From the human T2T-CHM13v2.0 reference genome, Homo sapiens, in assembly GCF_009914755.1 (NCBI RefSeq), contig NC_060942.1: 64,000 nucleotides of DNA; one strand, given 5' to 3'. Positions within the stretch are counted from its first letter, which is position 1, and every line of letters begins with the position of its first letter. Position numbers and translations under genes: made by a program. Under the pieces are notes generated by a model, which made no database searches, had not been told where the DNA came from, and saw only the letters and a list, made by a program, of their open reading frames with translations. This document shows, one piece after another, positions 57,157-64,000 of this stretch.

Positions 57157-58351
57157 AAGACTCAAGTAAGAATTCCCCTAAACCAGATAGAGAGCCAGAT
57201 GACAGTAGGCTAATCTACAAAAACAAATGTCCTCTCTGTTTCATTCCCCCACCTCCAATTCTTTGTCTATCTCATTATCTGCCCAGACTCTCAAAGTGGA
57301 CATATGCAGAGAAGTTTGTTGCTGAAAGAGCTTTGGGGTTCAGCATGTAATTGCACTATGTCAGTGAAATTCTTAGCCTAGGACATGGCACTTAATAGGT
57401 ATTGAACAAAGTCAAGCTCTCCTCCCTGACAAGTACGCAGATGGGCCAGCTGAGGTGGCCTGTGGCTCTGCTAGTTGGCCACAGGATCTGTCCTGGGTTA
57501 CTTGACTCCTCTCTCTGCTTTCCCATGGCAGACAAGGACAGGGATTAGAAGAAAATGTCATATAAAGTGCTGCAGGATGTGATTCATTCCGACAGAAGAG
57601 ACTGGAAGCCTTCTTGAAGGAGTAGATGTTTGAGCTGGACATTGAAAGAAGAGATGGGTTTCATCAGCTAGAGAGCAGGGAAATGCATTTCAGGCCAAGG
57701 GGCCTGTGTGGAGATGTGGAGATGTGGTTTTTTACAAACAAAATAACTCAATGTTGGATGTTACAACATACTCTCTGCCCTAACTAGAAGTATGGATTAG
57801 CAGGGGGCAGCATGCGAATCGAGACAGTGCCCAGGAGGCCCCTGAATTGTTCAAGCCAGAAGCCAGGAGTGCCTAAGCTGAGGCAGTGCCAGCAAAACAA
57901 AAACAACTTGACATCCAAAAATTTCCAGTCCAGGGAGAGAGGAAAAACACATGGGGAAGAGCAGAGGGGAATGGAAAGAATGCGACTGCCTTTTTAGGCA
58001 GGTGGCTTTTGAGGTGCTGGATTCAGTCCTCAGGGTCCCTTTACACAGTGGAACCAAAAGTAATCAAGAAAGCAACAGGATAGAGTATTCCCCTGCAGGG
58101 GGTTCTCCATATAGTTTGAGGCATGAATGGGCAGGGAGTGAATCCCTAACAGGCAAGCTCTGGTAACACCTGGTGGCCCCTAAAAAACCCTCACCTTGTG
58201 AACAGGGTGGGTGTAGTCATTTGCAGGGCTTTAGTTTTGCTAAGTGCAAGTCCAGGGCCAGAGTGGAATTGCTGAGACAACAGACCAGAGGCTGAAGCTG
58301 CCAGTGGGTCCTTCTTCCCTTGTCTCTTGCTGTGAAGCCCTTGGTTATGCT

Positions 58352-58588
58352 TAGAAGAAGAAGAAAGAGAAGGAGGAGAAAGGGAGATGGAAAGAAGGAA
58401 GGAAGGAGGGAAGGAAAGAAGGCAGCAAGGAAGGAGGGAAGGAGAGAGGGAGGAAGGGAAGGAAGGAAGGAAGGAAGGGAGGAAGGGAAGGAACGAAGGA
58501 AGGAAGGAAGGAAGGAAGGAAGGAAGGAAGGAAGGAAGGAAGGAACGAAGGAAGGAAGGAAGGAATGCAGGCAGGCAGGCAGGCAGGC
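58352..58588 (+). repeat. (GGAA)n purine-rich microsatellite ending in (GGCA)n
   Basis: Near-pure ggaa run at ~58497-58564. Confidence 0.96.
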
Positions 58589-59145
58589 TACTTAAAGACA
58601 ATTGGCACCAAAATGAGGGACTAAACCAAGAAAGGTAAAGTCATGGGATGCCGGTAACGAGGGATCCCACCCAATAGAAGGTGGAGGGATGCTTCAGGGT
58701 GACTGCTGTGCATCAGGCCTATGAGGCAACCTGTCCAGACTAGGGCAGAGGGCTGGAGACTCCAGAAGGGGAAAAAATTGAACTGACAAACTATCTGGTA
58801 GGTTTAACATTGAGAAAAACTATATTGAGAAGTAATTGAAGAGTGTGGAAACCAATGGCAAAAAATACAATGGACTTGAAGCAAATGAAAAGAACCTAGA
58901 CAACTCAACTTCAGAAATACCAACACATTGTGTAAAAATAATAGATGCAATCATAGTATACTATATGACTCAGGGTGTACAATACGGGCATAGTCATAAT
59001 AATGTAAGTGTTGGCCACTGGAAAGGGAAGCAATGTGATGCTGCAAGAGAGCTAATCCCCAGCTAGGAGGTTATTAGATGATATCTAAAATTGATGTATC
59101 AAGAAACATAAGAATAAGAATATTATTTTGGAATATGGTGATATA

Positions 59146-60360
59146 CAGTAGTACCCCACTACCCTTGAGGGATATGTTCCAAGACGCCCAGGAAGCCTGA
59201 AACTACAGATAGTACAGAACCCTACATATTTTTTCCTGTGCATATATACCTATGACGAAGTTGAATTTATAAATTAGATGTAGTAAAAGATTAACAACAA
59301 TAATAAAATAGAATACCTAAGACAACGTGTCAGCATCACTACTCTTGGGCTTCGAGGCCATCATTAAGTAAAATAAGGGTTACTTGAACACAAGCTCTGC
59401 AATACGATGACAGTTGCTCTGCTAACAGACACTACTAAGTGACCAATGGGTGGGAAGTGCCTACAGCATGGACACACTGGACAAAGAGATGATTCACGTC
59501 CCGGATAAGACAGAGCAGAACAACACGAGATTTTTATCCGCTACTCAGAATGGCACACAATTTAAAACTTATATATAAATTGCTTCTTTCTGGAATTTTC
59601 CACTTAATATTTTCAGACCATGGCTGGGCACACTGGCTCACGCATGTAATCCCAGCACTTTGGGAGGCCAAGGTGGGCAGATGGCTTGAGCCCAGGAGTT
59701 TGCGACCAGCCTGGGCAACGTGGCAAAACCTCATCTCTAGGCTGGGCGCAGTGGCTCACGCCTGTAATCCCAGCACTGTGGGAGGCCAGGGTGGGTGGAT
59801 CACTTGAGGTCAGGAGTTCAACATGGTGAAATCCAATCCCTACTAAAAATACAAAAAAATTAGCAGGAAATGGTGGCACATGCCTGTAATCCCAGCTACT
59901 TGGGAGGCTGAGGTGGGAGAATCATTTCAACCTAGGAGGCAGAGGTTGCAGTGAGCCAAGATTGCGCCACTGCACTCCAGCTTGGAAGACAGAACAAGAC
60001 TCTGTCTCAAAAAACAAAAAACAAAAAACAAAAACAAAAACATCTCTACAAAAGATACAAAAATTAGTTGGGTGTGGTGGCACACACCTGTAGTTCTAGC
60101 TACTCAAGAGGCTAAGGTGGGAAGATGCATTGAGCCCAGGAGGTCGAGGCAGCAGTGAGCCAAGATCACACCACTGCGCTCCAACCTGGGTGACAGAGCA
60201 AGATGCTGTCTCGAAAAAAAAAAATACATATATATATATATCTCACACATATATCTATCATATATGATATATATCACATATATATAAAAAATGATATATA
60301 TATATATCACAGGTAACTGAAACAGTGGAAAACAAAACTGCAGATAAGGAGGGACTATTG
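59146..60360. mobile_element. MER44/Tigger-derived DNA transposon split by nested Alus
   Basis: ta|cagtagtacccc..ataaggagggactattg|ta (TIR-like ends with TA TSD); internal gctactcagaatggcacacaatttaaaacttat. Confidence 0.8.
59622..60225 (+). mobile_element. AluJ (59622-59739 and 60041-60225) interrupted by an AluS (59740-60040)
   Basis: catctcta duplicated at 59732 and 60041. Confidence 0.9.
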
Positions 60361-61083
60361 TAATCCATTCTAATGAAATTTACCCCTGAAAAGTAGCATT
60401 GGAGAAATTAAGAAGGGCTTTAACATTTTATTTAATGCATTATTGTGTCTTTTGAATATTTGATGATGAATATATACTATTTTTACATTTTTAATGAATA
60501 TTTTATATATCCCTAAAAAGTTATAGTGATAAATACTGAAAGAAACAGCTTGAAAAGTTGAAAGGGTTACTTCTGGGGAATAAACCTAGGGTGGGAGAGA
60601 AACAACAGTGGACTGCAATTTTTTATTATAAGACTTTCAATACTACTCGACTTTTAAAATTTTGTGTATGAATTACTTTGAAAAAAATTTTTAAGACAAA
60701 TGACCACAAAGAGTAACAAACCCAGAGAAAAAAATAGGCAGAGGACATAAACAAGAAATCCACAAAAGAAACAGAAATGTCTCCCAAACACATGGAAAAA
60801 AAAAATCATCCCTACTAATGATGAACGAAAGCATCAGAAGTAGCTGCGTGTTCATGAACCTGGAAATATGTTCTCATTACAGCATTAAGTGTGTTTGTGT
60901 CAGGGAATGAGCAGTTTAAAAAATCATACAATAGTGTCATTTTGTAACAATTTAAGCATTCATTCAGCAAATTTTCTGTGAGCACCTATTATATAGTGAG
61001 CACATAAAAATGTATTTTTTTAAAGTCTGAAATGAGTTGTGTTCAGATGTCAAGAAGTTCTCTGTAAAAAACACAAGAGGTGA

Positions 61084-61428
<345 letters not shown>

Positions 61429-61626
61429 CTCCCTTTGTATTTGTTAATTTAGTCTCTAATATTTAAAGAGGGAACATATCTTGCTAAGGAGATAAAAGTA
61501 AATAGCAAAAGAAATGAATCACCTATTTTGAGCACTCCCAAAATAAGAAATAAAGCACTGACAATTGGTTTGGATAAGCACCCAATTATTAACCTGCTCA
61601 GACACTATAGAGACTGTATCACATAC

Positions 61627-61929
61627 TTTTTTTTTTTTTTTTTTTTTTGAGATGAAGTCCCACTCTGTTGCCCAGGCTGTGCAGTGGTGTGATCTTGGCT
61701 TACTGCAACCTCCGCCTCCTGGGTTCAAGTGATCCTCTTGCCTCAGCCTCCTGAGGAGCTGGGACTACAGGCACACACCACCATGCCCAGCTAAATTTTT
61801 TTGTATTTTTAGTAGAGATGGGGTTTCACCATGTTGACCAGGCTGGTCTCGAACTCCTGACCTCAGGTGATCCGTCTACCTCAGCCTGCCGAAGTGGTGG
61901 GATTACAGGTGTGAGCCACCATGCTTGGC
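61627..61929 (-). mobile_element. Alu (S-type)
   Basis: Poly-T plus reverse dimer. Confidence 0.93.
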
Positions 61930-62685
61930 ACACATCCATTTTTATACCTCAATCCTCGACAGCATCATGCACATAATAGGTCTCCAGATAAACAACTGAA
62001 TAATCAAAACAAGCAGGGGCTTGTGTGGTGTGGTGGTCAGGGGCTTACTGTATGTATGTGAGCCTCCAACATGCAAATGGGTACTGATAAAAACTACACA
62101 GTGTTAAAAGGATCCACATGAGTGATGCATATAAAGCACTCAGCTCCGTGTTTGGCAATAGGTAAGAATTCAAGAAAAGTTGGATGCTATTAATAATAGT
62201 AGTAGTTGTTGTTATTGTCATTGCTGTAATAGTAGCTAGGACCCCAGAAATTCCACCACTCATGCAAGTGCCCATGTGCAAGACAGTCCCCTCAGCAGTC
62301 CTGAGAACAGCAACCTTTCCCTCTTTCTCCTCTTCCTCTTCCTCCTCTTCTTCCTCCTCTTCTTCCTCCTTTTTTTCCTCCTCCTCCCACCCCCTCCCGC
62401 TGACATTCTCTCTACCCCATTGCTCACTGACTACCTGAGAGCAAATACGTGGGGACAGCACAGGCTCAGTCATCACCTGAGGCTGACCACCTGGTCCCAG
62501 GGATTAAAAACCACAACGTGCAACTCCCATTCCCTCCCTGGGTCACATCATACATAAGGCACTGTCCTACATGCAGCTCATTAGGTGCTGGAAGAAAAGG
62601 AAGAAGGGGACAAACTTAGGGTAAACAAGACTGAATTTTTGGAGGGGATGCCTGCCATTGACACTTCTTTAAAAATATAGACTTT

Positions 62686-63698
<1,013 letters not shown>

Positions 63699-64000
63699 TG
63701 CTGTGAGTATTCTTGTACATGTTCAAGAATATATTCACTAAAAGACACATATATTTTAGTGAATATATGTGTGCATTTCTGATGCAGGTATGATTCTCTT
63801 TAGCTTTGGTAGATACTGCCAAAAAGTTAACCAGTTTATACCCCCAGCATCATCACACAAGAGTTCCTGTTGCACCACGTCCTCACTCCCATTCAGTACT
63901 AAGTAGCATATCTTTAAATGAACACTAGCATCTTTTAAATTCTGCTCCACTACTAGACAACCATGAAAATGAATAATCTCCAAAAATGTCTGTGATGTAT

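Noticed and set aside
58191-58638. Charged or LPSF-repeat ORFs
   Set aside because: Translations of the (GGAA)n microsatellite.
62045-62476. Poly-Glu / poly-Ser ORFs, one with a signal-peptide-like hydrophobic start
   Set aside because: Derived from low-complexity (CTT/CCT)n and (TAG/TTG)n tracts beside a MIR-like remnant.

Overview
Primate (most likely human) genomic DNA with dense Alu, L1, L2, MIR, MaLR and DNA-transposon remnants. The first ~16.5 kb is the 3' end of CTIF (CBP80/20-dependent translation initiation factor, MIF4G domain) on the + strand: a long intron, a 54-nt penultimate coding exon (10895-10948), the last coding segment (12665-12880), a ~3.6-kb 3'UTR and an AATAAA at 16498. 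The rest appears intergenic. From recall of human 18q21.1, SMAD7 lies just beyond the right end on the opposite strand; no SMAD7 exon is visible here. I found no convincing previously undescribed biological system. The leads most worth a second look are a 483-codon non-repeat ORF in the CTIF intron, an 81/82-bp G-rich VNTR with a 3-unit higher-order pattern, several enhancer-like non-repeat islands (PBX-HOX, paired AP-1 plus a SMAD box, STAT, CTCF), a tandem splice acceptor and 3'UTR motifs in CTIF, and nested or serial retrotransposon insertions. Repeat subfamily names come from recalled consensus sequences, and old-repeat boundaries are approximate.
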